Source: an uncultured Actinomycetes bacterium (GTDB lineage: Bacteria; Actinomycetota; Thermoleophilia; RBG-16-64-13). From it: a stretch of DNA of 64,000 nucleotides. Under the pieces are notes generated by a model. That model was not told the DNA's origin. It worked only from the letters and a program-made list of their open reading frames with translations, and made no database searches. Of the stretch, positions 1 to 11,693 are shown piece after piece. The stretch spans positions 160,001-224,000 of the forward strand of contig CAWJDT010000004.1 of the NCBI GenBank assembly GCA_963841735.1, in the 5' to 3' direction. The first letter of the stretch is position 1. Each line of letters starts with the position of its first letter. The position numbers and the translations under genes are program-made.

Positions 1-2
1 GG

Positions 3-449
3 TGCGACTGCGGCGAGCAGCTCCAGGGGGCACTGGATATCATCGAAGAAGAGGGCCTGGGTGTTCTTTTGTACATGGCGCAAGAGGGCCGGGGCATCGG
101 GCTGCTCAACAAGCTACGGGCCTACGAACTGCAGGAGCAAGGCCGGGATACAGTAGAGGCCAATGTCGAGTTGGGCTTTGCGCCTGACCTTCGCGATTAC
201 GGCATAGGCGCGCAGATACTGGTAGATCTGGGTCTGACTTCTATTCGTATCATGACCAACAACCCGCGCAAGCTCGTCGGCCTCGAGGGATATGGGCTGA
301 CGATCAGCGAACGGGTGCCGCTGGAGATGAAGCCCTGCGGAACTAATCTGCGTTATTTGCAGGCCAAGAAGGACAAGCTTGGGCACATCCTGCATCACCA
401 GGGACTTCAATATGTCGAAGACACAGGAAAGGACGAAGAGGATGAGTAG
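3..449 (+). CDS. ribA: GTP cyclohydrolase II (RibA/RibBA) C-terminal part, 5' truncated by window
   Basis: [32 protein letters not shown] and TNNPRK motifs; the frame is open from position 3. Confidence 0.93.
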   Translation, partial: CDCGEQLQGALDIIEEEGLGVLLYMAQEGRGIGLLNKLRAYELQEQGRDTVEANVELGFAPDLRDYGIGAQILVDLGLTSIRIMTNNPRKLVGLEGYGLTISERVPLEMKPCGTNLRYLQAKKDKLGHILHHQGLQYVEDTGKDEEDE

Positions 450-990
450 TGGCGGAAGGGTCTATGAGGGGTTCTGAAGGGCGAAGGACTGCGGTTCGCC
501 ATCGTAGTGAGCCGTTTCAACGAGTTCATCAGCAGCAAGCTGCTGGGAGGGGCTCGTGATTGTCTCATCCGTCACGGCGTGGCCGAGGGTGACGTCGCTG
601 TCGCTTGGGTGCCCGGGGCCATGGAGATCCCTCTGGTGGCCCAAAGGCTGGGTCGTTCCGGGCAGTACGATGCCATCATCTGTCTGGGGGCTGTGATCCG
701 CGGGGTCGACGCCTCACTTCGACTACGTGGCCGGCGAAGCTGCGAAAGGCGTTGCCAAGGTGCAATTGGAGACAGGTGTACCGGTTATCTTCGGGGTGCT
801 TACCACCGAAACCATCGAGCAGGCCGTAGAACGAGCCGGCACCAAGTCGGGCAACAGAGGATGGGATGCCGCGATGTCAGCGCTGGAAATGGCGAGTCTG
901 CTAAACGGACTCGACGCGAACGGTCAAGTAGTAGGCGCTTACGCTACTTTCTCGACCTTGTGCGCCTTCAGGCACTTGGCGCAAACATAG
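449..990 (+). CDS. ribH: 6,7-dimethyl-8-ribityllumazine synthase (frameshifted; ends approximate)
   Basis: SRFNEFI...VPGAMEIP...CLGAVIRG in ORF 507, then PVIFGVLTT...[13 protein letters not shown] in ORF 727; indels break the frame. Confidence 0.88.
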
Positions 991-1130
991 GCCCTGCCTG
1001 GTTTGCCGGCGATCATAATGCGGATCTTATGGACATTGACATTCCAGCGGCGCGGAGTCGCGCGCATCGAGTGACTCCGATTGCTGCCAAAACTCGGCTT
1101 CTTGCCGCATATAGCGCACACCTTGGACAT
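939..1130 (-). CDS. rpmB: 50S ribosomal protein L28 (Zn-binding C+ form)
   Basis: [21 protein letters not shown]...RRWNVN...VCAKCLK; ATG at 1130. Confidence 0.95.
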   Translation of the reverse strand: MSKVCAICGKKPSFGSNRSHSMRATPRRWNVNVHKIRIMIAGKPGRAYVCAKCLKAHKVEKVA

Positions 1131-1274
1131 ATCCACGATCCTTCTTGCGATTACCCTGACTTGGGAGTCACGTAGTATGCCGCAGGTGGCCACGTTCTGA
1201 CAAGGGGCGGCGACAAAACGGCAGGCTTGCCTGCGCGTAGGTTACGGTAGAATACCGTCACATCAGCGAGAGCG

Positions 1275-1505
1275 ATGCCGGGAAAGGAGACTGCCATCTT
1301 CACCAGGGACATGTCGATGATGGAGGCTCTGCAGGCGGACCCTCGCGCCCGAGACGTCTTTGCCGCTTATGGCATGGGATGTGTCGGGTGCATGGGCGTG
1401 AGCATGGAGTCCATCGAGGACGGGGCGCGCATGCACGGGATCGACCCCGAGGCAGTGCTGGCCGATCTGAATAAGTTGGTTCCGTCGGAGGAAGACAAGT
1501 CCTGA
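1275..1505 (+). CDS. DUF1858 domain protein
   Basis: 76 aa with GMGCVGC...ESIEDGARMHGID pattern typical of DUF1858. Confidence 0.8.
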   Translation: MPGKETAIFTRDMSMMEALQADPRARDVFAAYGMGCVGCMGVSMESIEDGARMHGIDPEAVLADLNKLVPSEEDKS

Positions 1506-1900
1506 TGGCCGGACCGTCAAGAGTCAAGAGACAGCTTGAGCGACTCGGGCCGGCCCAGAAGAGCAGCGGCGGGCGCATGATCATCAGCGACCGGGCCGTC
1601 GCTGACATCGTGGGTTGGACGGTACTCGAGTGTTACGGCGTGGTCGGCATGGCGTCGCCGAATCTGCGGCAAGGGGTGGCCTCGCTGTTCAGTCGCGAGC
1701 GCCTACACCAAGGCATACGCGTGCGGCAGGCCTCGGAAGAGCTGCACCTCAAGGTCTACATCATTGTGGAGTACGGTCTCAACGTCGCCGAGGTAGCCGG
1801 CAACGTGCGCTCCCAGGTTGCCTACACGGTGGAGAAGATGGTGGGCACACCTATCACGACCCTGCGGATTTACGTGCAAGGGGTCCGGGTTGGCGAATAG
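1505..1900 (+). CDS. Asp23/Gls24 family protein (YloU-like); start may be 1577
   Basis: ECYGVVGMA...IIVEYGLN...IYVQGVRV; sits between rpmB and the DAK2 gene as in Firmicutes. Confidence 0.88.
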   Translation: MAGPSRVKRQLERLGPAQKSSGGRMIISDRAVADIVGWTVLECYGVVGMASPNLRQGVASLFSRERLHQGIRVRQASEELHLKVYIIVEYGLNVAEVAGNVRSQVAYTVEKMVGTPITTLRIYVQGVRVGE

Positions 1901-1902
1901 CG

Positions 1903-3539
1903 ATGGAGCGCTGCTAGGAGTCTCCGTGGTCCGCTCCCTTCTGGCGGCCAGTTTCGCAGGCTCTTGAAGAGCGGAAGCAGGAGATCAACGACCTGAATGT
2001 GTACCCTGTCCCAGATGGGGATACCGGTACCAACCTGGCTCTTACCCTGCGGGCCGTTCGTCGATGCGGTCGGTAGGCTCCCGGAAGACGCCACTGACCG
2101 GGAGTTGTGCGCGGCCGTGTCGCAGGCCGCGCTCATGGGCGCTCGTGGCAACAGCGGGGTGATTCTTTCGCAGATCGTTCGCGGCGCCATGGAAGTGTTC
2201 GGCAAAGGCGGGCCGATCACCAGCCAGACGCTACGCCGGGCCTTGGCCAGCGCATCGGACACTGCCTACCGGGCAGTACGCAGGCCCGTTGAGGGCACGA
2301 TGCTCACCGTCCTTCGGGAGATGGCCGAGGCCGCGGCGGAGGCGCCGGCAGATCTGGACGCGAAGTCGCTGATGGATGCATGTTGTCGAGGCGGGCTGGA
2401 AGAGCGTGGAGAGGACCCCCACGCTGTTGCGGGTACTCGCCGACGCGGGCGTGGTGGACGCAGGAGGCTATGGTCTCGTCGTGCTTGTCGAAGGGGCGGT
2501 GAACGGGCGAGCAGATGGGTCGACGCCCATCGCCACGAGGATCGTCGCGCCGCAGGTTATGCGGGGAGTCCCGGGGGAGAAGGTCGTGGATGCGGAAGAG
2601 AGCGAATTCACGTACTGCGTGAGTTTTCTGGTGAGCGGTGCGGGTCTCGATCAGGCCTTCCTTGAAGAGGCAGCCGGCAGGCTGGGGGATAGCCTGCTCG
2701 TGGTCGGCGACCGTGCTCAACTGAAGGTGCACGTCCATACGGATGAGCCTGGAGATGTACTCAAGGTGGGCACCGCCCTCGGCGCGCTCTCCGAGATCGA
2801 GATCGACAACATGAAGATCCAGACGGCCGCTCGTAGCGACCGACCTGGCCCAGGCCGCGGAGGTCGCACCCGTGGACGCCGGCCTCACTCAGGTGGTGGC
2901 TGTGGTGGCTGGGGAGGGCAATAAGGAACTGTTCCGCGAGCCTGGGCGTGGATCTCATCGTCGACGGCGGCCAATCGATGAACCCCTCGGCCGAGGATCT
3001 CATCCGGGCGGTGGAACGGGCTGCGGCTTCTTCGGTGGTCATCCTCCCGAACAACAGCAATGTGATCATGACGGCCGAGCAGAGTCTTGGCTTGACAAAG
3101 CGTGACGTCCATGTCGTTCCCAGCCGTTCTATCCCGGCGGGACTGAGCGCGGCTGTCGCTTCGACAAGCGCTCTTCGGGTGAGGAGAACGCCGCAGGAGA
3201 TGAAGGCGGCGCTGGAGCGGGTGGTCACCGCGGAAGTGACGCGAGCCGTGCGCAAGGCGCAGGCTGACGGGGTGAAGGTCAAGGCCGATGACTTCATCGG
3301 TCTAGTGGATGAGCAAGTGGTGGTGGCTTCGCACGACGTGGTGAACTGTAATAGAGCGGGTGATCGGACGGCTGCTCGGTGGGGACAGGGAGTTGCTGAC
3401 TGTCCTCCTGGGAGAAGGCGAAAGCGCGGCTCGGACGGCCGCGGCGGTGGAGAAAGCACGCAAACGCTACCCAGACGTGGAGATCGAGGTCCACGAAGGC
3501 GGGCAACCCTACTATCCGGCATTGCTCGCGGCAGAGTAG
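1903..3539 (+). CDS. fakA: DAK2-domain fatty acid kinase subunit A (YloV-like), several frameshifts
   Basis: GARGNSGVILSQ, PVEGTMLTV, GVVDAGG, KVHVHT, GGQSMNPS and ILPNNSN spread over ORFs 1997, 2376 and 2948. Confidence 0.88.
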
Positions 3540-3577
3540 ACAGAGACGGGGGCAACCGAACCAGAGGGGAGCCAGAC

Positions 3578-4439
3578 ATGATCGTCAACCGGGAGTACCA
3601 CGGCCATCGTCGTCGATTCCACGGCCGACCTGCCAAGCCATCTGGCGAACGACCCGAACATCACCATGGTGCCTCTCACGGTGTACTTCGGTGAGGATGC
3701 CTATCTGGATTGGGTGGATATCCAGCCGGAGGAGTTCTATCGAAAGCTCGAAGCGTCTCCCGTGCTACCGCGTACGTCACAACCGTCGCCCGGCGCGTTT
3801 CTCGAGCAGCTACAAGAGGCTTCGCGAGACATACGAACGCGTGTACTCGATCCATCTGAGCAGCAAGCTGAGCGGTACCTGGGCGAGCGCCGAGGTGGCG
3901 CGCGGCGAGATCGACGGCGTCGAGGTGGTCGACTCGCAACTCGCCACGTGCGGCATCGGCCTTTTTGTCGACCGGCTTCTGGCGCTGATGGACAAGGGCA
4001 CGCCGGAGGAGCGAGTTCAAGGCCTACATCGACTGGTTCGTGCAGCATTCGATGCTGCTGTTCCTGCCGCTTACTCTCGACCAGTTGTACAAGGGTGGAC
4101 GTATCGGCCGGGCTTCGCATCTTATGGGTGGCCTGTTGAACGTGAAGCCGGTGCTGAGCATCGTCGACGGGGTCGTTGACGTGCACAAGAAGGTGCGGGG
4201 CCAGCGGCAGGCGCTGGAAGTGATGCGCGACGGCGTTCTGGAGCATACCGAAGCCGGTAGGACTGTATACATAGGTCTGTCGCACTCGCTGAACGAGTCC
4301 TTGACCGCACAGCTTGCGCGCACTCCTTGAAGAAGTGACCGACCGCACGATCGAGGTCAGGCTGACGAGCCTTATCGGCTCGGTCATCGGCACCTACACC
4401 GGGCAGGGAACAGTCGGCATGGGCGTTATTCAGGAATGA
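3578..4439 (+). CDS. DegV family fatty-acid-binding protein, frameshifted
   Basis: PRTSQPSPG, HLSSKLSGT and LYKGGRIG...LNVKPVL in consecutive frames. Confidence 0.88.
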
Positions 4440-6555
4440 AAATCGCCACAAGGGGTGGGGTTCATTACCCCTTGGGCTCTGGGTCCGCGCTGCCTGTACT
4501 CTCGCCGACGCTGCCCGGCTACCTCCAAGAACAGCATCGACCCGCGCAGGTTGGAGCGGCCGATAGCTGGAGTGAGGGGCGTGGGCAAGAGCACCAATGC
4601 CAAGCTGCAGGGTATGGGTATCGACGAGCGTGCGCGACCTGCTGATGCACCTTGCCGTTCAGGCACGAGTCACCTTCGCGGGTGGCCGGTGTCGGCCGGC
4701 TCTGTGTGGGCGAAGAGGTGACGCTACGGGTGCGCGTGGTGTCGTGCGCTGTTCGCGAGACGGCCAGGCGCCGGGTGAAGGTGCTCGAGGCCCTGGTTTC
4801 CGACGACAGCGGCAGTGTCGTTGCCACTTGGTACAACCAGGCGTATCTGGAGGCAGCGTTCGCAGAGAAGCCGGAGGTACTGCTGCGCGGTTCTCTCATG
4901 CGCACTCGCGTGGGGTCGACCTTCATGGTCAAGCGGCACGAGATACTCGGCGCTGGCACGTGCAGAGCCATCACATCCTCGGCCTTATACCCGTTTATCC
5001 CAGCACCGCCGATCTGAGCGTGAGGACCATCCGCACGATCTTGCACCGTGCCGGCGCCGTACGCTCGTGATCTGATCGACCCGCTGCCGGCCGAACTGCT
5101 TGCCCGCAGGCGCTATCCCGGCAAGGCAGAGGCGGTGCTCGCCTGCCACTTCCCGAGCAGCATCAAAGAGGGGGAGTCGGCTCGTAGACGCCTGGCTTTC
5201 GAGGAGTTGCTCCTGCTGCAACTGGCGGTGCTACAGCAACGCGCCGGTCAGGATCGAGCGCCGCAAGGCTCAGGCGCTCGCGGCGCCGGCGGGACTCGCG
5301 ACCAGGTTCGTCCACTCGCTGCCCTACGCACCGACGGGCGCACAGACGCGGGCTATGGCGGAGATCGAGGGGGACCTGGTCAGAAGCGTGCCCATGCGGC
5401 GCCTGCTCCATGGGGATGTTGGCTCCGGCAAGACGATGGTGGCGACGTACTGTCTGCTGCGGGGTGTGGAACAGGGCGCCCAGGCCGCGATCATGGCGCC
5501 CACGGAGGTCTTGGCCGAGCAGCACTACCTCGGCCTGGCGATCTGCTGGCCGATTTGGGCGTCCGGGTCCGGCTGCTCAAGGGTAGCCAGAGCCGCTGGC
5601 GAAAGGCGGGCCGCGCGCAAGGCTCTCGAGGCCGGTGAGGCGGACGTGGTGGTGGGAACGCACGCTCTCATCCAGGAGGGAGTGCGGTTTCGCGATCTGC
5701 GGGTGGTGGTGGTGGACGAGCAGCATCGCTTCGGCGTCGGCAGAGAGACGCCATAGTGGCCGCGGCGAAGAGCGGGAGGATGTGGCCTCACGCTCTGCAT
5801 ATGTCGGCCACTCCCATCCCGCGGACTCTCAGTCTCACTCTGTACGGCGATCTCGATATCAGCGTGCTCGATGAGATGCCCAGAGGGCAGGCGTCCGGTG
5901 CGCACACGCCTGGTGTTCGGCGACACTCAGGCGCGTATGTGGGATTTCGTGCGTCGCGAGCTCGAGCGAGGCCGGCAGGCGTATGTCGTCTGTCCTCTGA
6001 TCGAGGAGAGCGAGACCCTGCAGACGGCCTCCGCGCGTCGCACGTTCGAGGAGCTGGTCTCTGGCGAGCTCACGGGGTTCCGGCTTCAGCTGCTTCACGG
6101 ACAGCTTCCGCCGGCGGAGAAGGCAGGAGCCATGGCGGCCTACGCCAGCGGGCCAAGCGGACGTTCTGGTGAGCACTTCGGTGATAGAGGTAGGCGTGGA
6201 TGTTCCCAACGCGACGGTCATGGTGATCATGGGTGCACGGCGCTTCGGTCTTTCGCAGCTTCACCAGTTGCGTGGCCGCGTGGGTCGGGGCACGGACGAA
6301 TCTCACTGCTTCGTACTGGTGGAGGGCGAGGAGGAGGCTGTGCTCGAGCGACTTGCACTGTTCGCGCGCGTGTCCGACGGGTTCGAGCTGGCTGAAGCCG
6401 ATCTGGCGGCCAGAGGCGAAGGCCAACTCTTCGGAGAACGGCAGTCGGGACTTGGTGACCTTGGAGGTAGCTTCACTTCTGCGCGACAGAGCCTCTGCTC
6501 GAGGAGGCTCGCGCGGAGGCGCCAAGCGGTGCTGGCTACCGAAGGCCTCGTCTGA
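4436..6555 (+). CDS. recG: ATP-dependent DNA helicase RecG, frameshifted (end approximate)
   Basis: [39 protein letters not shown] and [17 protein letters not shown]. Confidence 0.92.
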
Positions 6556-6658
6556 GGGGCCCCGGCCCTACGTTTCTTGCTTCGAGGCCGCCGGATTCGC
6601 GGTTTGGAGAGAGGATGCAGTGGATGAACAGGCTGTGAACGCGCGGCCGCCAGGAAGG

Positions 6659-7199
6659 GTGCGCATCGTGGGTGGCGTCCAAGCGTGGCCAAGCGATCCG
6701 GGTGCCGCCGGTCACCAACGTCCGGCCCACCGGCCAGAAGGTGCGCGAAGCGATCTTCGATGTGTTGGGCCCGATCGTCGGGTCTGCGGAGCGCTGGACC
6801 TGTTCGCGGGCACCGGCGCCATGGGCCTTGAGGCTCTCTCCAGGGGAGCGGCGCAGTGCGTCTTCGTGGAGAGCGATGCGGCGGTCGCAGCCGTGCTGCG
6901 CGCCAACATAGAGGCCTTGGGCTTTGAGGCGGCGCCCGGATTATGCAGAGTCGGCTATCTTCCGGCCATTAGGATCCTGGTCCAGGCGTGGCGCTTGTTT
7001 TGATTTGCTCTTTGTGGACCCTCCCTATAGAATGCTGGCAGAAGTGGAAGTTTTGTTGGCGCCGCTGTTGCCAATGCTTCTGTCCGACGATGGAGTTGTG
7101 GTGGTGGAGGGGCAGAAGTCCACGAACGTGGCTCTTGGCCAGACCCCAGTATTCGAACGGGTCTACGGTGACACCAGAGTCACCATGATCAGATTGTAA
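6659..7199 (+). CDS. rsmD: 16S rRNA m2G966 methyltransferase, frameshifted
   Basis: VRPT...VREAIF, LDLFAGTGAMGLEALSRGA and DPPY motifs; recG-rsmD-coaD order. Confidence 0.88.
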
Positions 7200-7222
7200 T
7201 GAGACTGTAGGAGGATCGGTCG

Positions 7223-7714
7223 GTGAAGACCGCACTTTGCCCAGGCACGTACGACCCTGTCACCGTTGGCCATTTGGACGTCATCGGTAGATGCAGCGCC
7301 ATGTTCGACGAGGTTGTGGTGGCCGTCGTGGACGACTCCTTTCGCAAGACGGTTCTCTTCAAGTGTGAGGAGCGCCTGCATTTCTTGGAGGAGTCCACCA
7401 AGCATCTGCCGAATGTTAGGGTCACTGTGATGCACAATCTGGTGGTTAGGTTGGCCAGAGAGGTCGGGGCCAGCGTCTTGGTCAAGGGGCTTCGCGCCCT
7501 TACCGACTTCGAATACGAGCTTCAGATGGCACAACTCAACCGAAAACTGGACCCTGACTTGGAGACGATGTACCTTATGGCTTCACCGGAGTACTCCTTT
7601 TTGAGCTCGAGCGGGGTAAAAGAGATCGCCCGCTACGGCGGGAACGTGAGCGACCTTGTGCCCGCGGTGGTCGGGCGTCGCTTCGCCGAAATGTATGGAA
7701 ACGTGGAGGGCTAA
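7223..7714 (+). CDS. coaD: phosphopantetheine adenylyltransferase
   Basis: PGTYDPVTVGH, KGLRALTDFEYE and SFLSSSGVKE. Confidence 0.95.
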   Translation: MKTALCPGTYDPVTVGHLDVIGRCSAMFDEVVVAVVDDSFRKTVLFKCEERLHFLEESTKHLPNVRVTVMHNLVVRLAREVGASVLVKGLRALTDFEYELQMAQLNRKLDPDLETMYLMASPEYSFLSSSGVKEIARYGGNVSDLVPAVVGRRFAEMYGNVEG

Positions 7715-7717
7715 CTC

Positions 7718-8179
7718 ATGGACGTTCTTGTTCTGATCGATAGGCTGGACGACTTGGTCCACGGCGCAAGTACCTTTCCCATGACCGACAAGGTGATGAT
7801 CGATCGGGACGAGATCTATGACTTGCTCGATCAGATGCGGGCCACCATACCCGAGGAGATAAAGCAGGCTCGTTGGATCGTCAAGGAACGCCAAGAGATG
7901 CTCCAGGAGGCCAAAGAAGAGGCCGACCGCATCCTTACCGAGGGCCGAGAGGAAGCTCAGCGTCTGGCCAGCGAGCAGGAAGTGGTCAAGCGGGCGCAGC
8001 GGCAGGCGGAGGACATCATCCGAGAGGCGGAAGCTCGGGAGCGGGAGATCCGCTTGGGCGCAGAGGACTATGCCGACGAGATCCTGAAGACTCTTGAGAC
8101 CAATCTCGATCGTTTCCTGGCCGCGGTACAGAGAGGCAGAGAACGCCTGCAGACCGGGCAATCCGGGGAGGAAGCATAG
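7718..8179 (+). CDS. coiled-coil protein (ATP synthase B/DivIVA-like family found after coaD)
   Basis: LLDQMRATIPEEIKQARWIVKER...GAEDYADEIL; conserved coaD-X-yceD-rpmF order. Confidence 0.75.
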   Translation: MDVLVLIDRLDDLVHGASTFPMTDKVMIDRDEIYDLLDQMRATIPEEIKQARWIVKERQEMLQEAKEEADRILTEGREEAQRLASEQEVVKRAQRQAEDIIREAEAREREIRLGAEDYADEILKTLETNLDRFLAAVQRGRERLQTGQSGEEA

Positions 8180-8204
8180 ACCTAGAGGGTCCCGGCGGTA
8201 GATT

Positions 8205-8687
8205 ATGCCCATTCGTCTTGATCTTGACGGAGCTTCGTCTGCGCGGGGGAGAGCGGCACGAGTCGGTTCAGCAGTGTCGATCTAGCTCCCATCACGCTTG
8301 GCGGTACCGAGTACCGCGTTTTGCTGCGGCAGGGCGTGGCGATCACCGTTGATCGTGTGGCGGGCGGGATATTTGGTGAACGTCTCTACCGACGTGAAGC
8401 TCTATGGTCCGTGCGCGCGTTGTCTCTCGGAAGTGGCTCTTGGAGGTGCGGGCAGCGGAACAGGAGTTCGCGCCGACGGCTGGGGGGAGCTGGGATGAGG
8501 CCGATGTCAGCCCCTTCATCGAGGGTTTGGTGGTGGATGTCGAAGCCATCGCTCGAGAGGCGGTGATCCTCGGCCTGCCGGCGCAGGTGTTGTGCACTAC
8601 TACCTGCAAGGGGCTTGTGCGGCCAGTGTGGGCAGGACCTCAATCTAGGGGACTGCGGGTGCAGAGCCCTTGAATTAATCCAGTAGA
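8205..8687 (+). CDS. YceD/DUF177 family protein, frameshifted (ends approximate)
   Basis: GPCARCL and LC..CKGL Cys motifs in shifted frames; directly upstream of rpmF. Confidence 0.75.
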
Positions 8688-8735
8688 TGGGGTACAAACG
8701 TTCGGTTTCCCCATTGGTAAAGAGAGAGGCAGATA

Positions 8736-8915
8736 ATGGCCGTACCCAAGAGAAAGACCTCGCGGGCTCGCCGCGACGCGCGTCGGGCGACGCATGTCGG
8801 CGTTCCTCCGACTGTGGGCGAGTGCCCGCATTGCCATAGCCCGCGGGTGCCGCACCGGGTGTGCCCCACTTGTGGGATGTACAACGGCAGGCAGGTCGTC
8901 AAGGTCGAAGAATAG
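8736..8915 (+). CDS. rpmF: 50S ribosomal protein L32 (59 aa, missed by the ORF track)
   Basis: Translated by hand: MAVPKRKTSRARRDARRA...CPHC...PHRVCPTCGMYNGRQV; purine-rich RBS upstream. Confidence 0.95.
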   Translation: MAVPKRKTSRARRDARRATHVGVPPTVGECPHCHSPRVPHRVCPTCGMYNGRQVVKVEE

Positions 8916-8968
8916 ATTAAGGCGGTCAGTCCGTCTGCAAACGGTCGTTCGCGGGAGGTGAAGGGTTC

Positions 8969-9214
8969 ATGCAGATCATAGTGCAAGAAGGCAGAGCCTT
9001 GATTAGCCTTGTGACCCCCATCCAGGCTCCCGATGAGAACCTGCGTACGACGACAGTGCAAAGCGTCTCAGGACTCGTGAAGGCGTACTACCGCGATCAC
9101 GAGTTGGTCATGCTTGAGGCGAGGGATGGGGCCCTGGAGGTCATGCCTGCTGCGATAGGCGGCATCACCTGGGTACAGAAGGACCGGCGCTATCAGTTGA
9201 AGGTCGGTCCGTAG
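8969..9214 (+). CDS. hypothetical protein (81 aa)
   Basis: GGAGG Shine-Dalgarno upstream of the ATG; no recognised motif. Confidence 0.6.
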   Translation: MQIIVQEGRALISLVTPIQAPDENLRTTTVQSVSGLVKAYYRDHELVMLEARDGALEVMPAAIGGITWVQKDRRYQLKVGP

Positions 9215-9307
9215 GCCGTTCGGGGCTCGATGTACTACAACATGACGACTGAAAAGGACCGCGCACAGACCGTCATTGGTCTCGGTGACATGCGCACTTT
9301 GTAAATG

Positions 9308-9340
9308 AAGGGCGCCGCCTGTTAGGCGGCGCCCTTTGTT
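9308..9340 (+). terminator. intrinsic terminator
   Basis: AAGGGCGCCGCCT-GTT-AGGCGGCGCCCTT hairpin followed by TGTT. Confidence 0.75.
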
Positions 9341-9402
9341 CATCGTGCGGGTGCCTCGGCGTTCTGAGCGGCGGTCACGAAGGACTGAAGCGAGGAGGAT
9401 TC

Positions 9403-11491
9403 ATGGCGTTGGTAGACCCGGCCAAGATCAGGAATATCGCGGTGGTGGGCCATCGTGGGGCGGGGAAGACCTCGCTGGTGGAGGCCCTGTTGTTCACGGC
9501 AGGCGCCAAGAATCGGCTCGGCGTGGTCGTGGACGGCACAACCACGATGGGTCATGACGAGGATGAGATCAAGCGGCAGATGAGCATATCTGCCGGGCTG
9601 GCGCATGCAGATTGGGCCGGACACAAGCTGAACATGCGTAGACACCCCGGGGGAGGCCTCGTTCATCAGCGAAGCTCTGGGGGCCTTGCCTGTAGTGGAG
9701 ACGGCCTTGGTTGTTGTGAACGCCGTGACGAAGGTCGAGGTGCAGACCGAGCGGGTGTGGAAGCGCGCTGGGGAGATGGGCGTATCCCGTGTGGTCGCCG
9801 TGAACATGCTGGACAGGGAGCGCGCTGTTTTCGCCGAGGCCCTTGCTGCTCTGAAGGCGCGCTTTGGCGACGAGGTGGTGGCCATAGGACTGCCTATAGG
9901 GGAAGAGGCCGGCTTCAGTGGCGTGGTCGACCTGGTTGACATGAAGGCGTATATGTACTCAGGAGGGGCCGCCAAGCCTACGGAGGCTGCCATCCCCGAG
10001 GAACTCAAGGCAGCGGCGGCGGAGGCGCGCGAAGCGCTGCTCGATCGCGTGGCTGAGTCCGATGACGCGTTGCTCGAGAAGTACCTGGAGGGTACGAGTT
10101 GACGCGCGAAGAGGTCATTATAGCTCTGAAGGCCGGCTTAGCCGCGGGAACGGTCTCGCCGGTTGTGCCGGTATCCGCGACGAAGAATATGGGTGCGGAC
10201 AGGCTTATGCAGGTCCTCTTGGCCTCGCCTTCGCCCCTGGACCGGGGCTCGCGGAAGGCCCTGTCCGGGACGGCAGGTACCGACGAGACGGAGATCAAGG
10301 TCGATTCGGCGGCACCCACGGTGCTGTTCGTCTTCAAGACGATCTACGATCAGTTCTCCGGCCGTGTGAACTTGGCGCGCCTGTTCTCGGGCAGGATCGC
10401 TACCGACAGTCAGCTTCTCAACGCTCGCGCCGGCGAAAAGGAGCGGACGGGCAACATCCTTTTGATGCAGGGCAAAGAGACTAAGGCCATCGAAGAGGCC
10501 GGCGCCGGAGATATCGTGGCCTTGGCGAAGCTGAAGGAGACCGGCACCGGAGATACGCTTTGCGACCCGGCTCATCCAGTGCGTTTCCCGCGCTATGAGT
10601 TCTCTCCTCCGGCGATCTCGTTCGCCATCACCCCGAAGAACCGTGGTGACGAGGAGAAGGTGAGCAACGGGCTCAAGCGCTTGGCCGAAGAGGACCCGGC
10701 GATGGAACTGCGCTTCGATGCGCAGACCAAGGAGATGCTGATCTCGGGCACAAGCCAAGTGCACGTGGAAGTGATACTCGATAAGCTCAAGCGTCGTTTT
10801 GGAGTGGAAGTCGAGCTGCACCCGCCTCAGGTGCCCTACCGTGAGACCATCAGGAAGAAGGCCAACGCTCAAGGTCGGCACAAGAAGCAGACCGGGGGCC
10901 GGGGTCAGTTTGGGGATTGCTGGATCGAGGTGGAGCCCAGGCCCCGGAGCGAGGGATACTCGTTCGAGGACGCCATCTTCGGGGGGTCGATTCCCGCGTA
11001 ACTTCATCCCCGCTGTAGAGAAGGGGGTCGTGGAGGCCATGGAGCGCGGCGTGGTGGCCGGCTATCCAGTGGTGGACGTCAAAGTCAAGCTTTACGACGG
11101 CTCGTATCACAATGTGGATTCTTCTGAACTCGCGTTCAAGTTGGCCGGCGGTCTGGCCTGGAATCATGCGATGGCCGAGGCCATGCCGGTGCTCCTTGAA
11201 CCAGTGATGAACGTGGAAGTCATCGCCCCCGAGGAGAACATGGGCGACATCATGGGAGACCTATCCGGCAGGCGTGGCAAGCCCCAGGGCAGCGAGTCTC
11301 TAGGGGAGATGGACGTGATCCGAGCCCAGGTGCCCCTCGCCGAGATGCTCAGTTACGCGCCGCAGCTACGGTCCATGACGGGCGGGCGTGGGTCGTTCAC
11401 TCTGCAATTCGACCACTACGAAGAGGTGCCCTCGCACTTGACCGAGAAGATCGTCGCCGAAGCGAAGGCGCGCAAGGCGGCCGAGGGGTAG
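9403..11491 (+). CDS. fusA: elongation factor G paralogue (EF-G2 type), frameshifted
   Basis: IRNIAVVGHRGAGKTSL, VPYRETI, KKQTGGRGQFGD, DGSYHNVDSSELAF and LRSMTGGRG; divergent G1 motif and outside the str operon. Confidence 0.9.
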
Positions 11492-11543
11492 TTTCAGGAC
11501 ACAGCGGACTCGTCGTCCGCGATTCGAAAGCAGTGTGACCGTA

Positions 11544-11580
11544 GTCCGGCGGCCCTTTCTGGGGCCGCCGGACCTTTTTC
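11544..11580 (+). terminator. intrinsic terminator after EF-G2
   Basis: GTCCGGCGGCCC...GGGCCGCCGGAC followed by CTTTTT. Confidence 0.8.
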
Positions 11581-11637
11581 GGGCGAACCCGATGCTAAAG
11601 CAAGCGGCGTTGCGTTCCGAAGAAAAGGCAGGATGCT

Positions 11638-11657
11638 TGCAACGAATGTTGTATAAT
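11638..11657 (+). promoter_or_regulatory. -10 box overlapped by an imperfect palindrome (possible RpiR operator)
   Basis: TATAAT at 11652-11657; TGCAAC-N4-GTTGTA at 11638-11653. Confidence 0.4.
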
Positions 11658-11693
11658 TAGGGGGATGCAACTCCTGGTATTGCTGGAGGGCAG

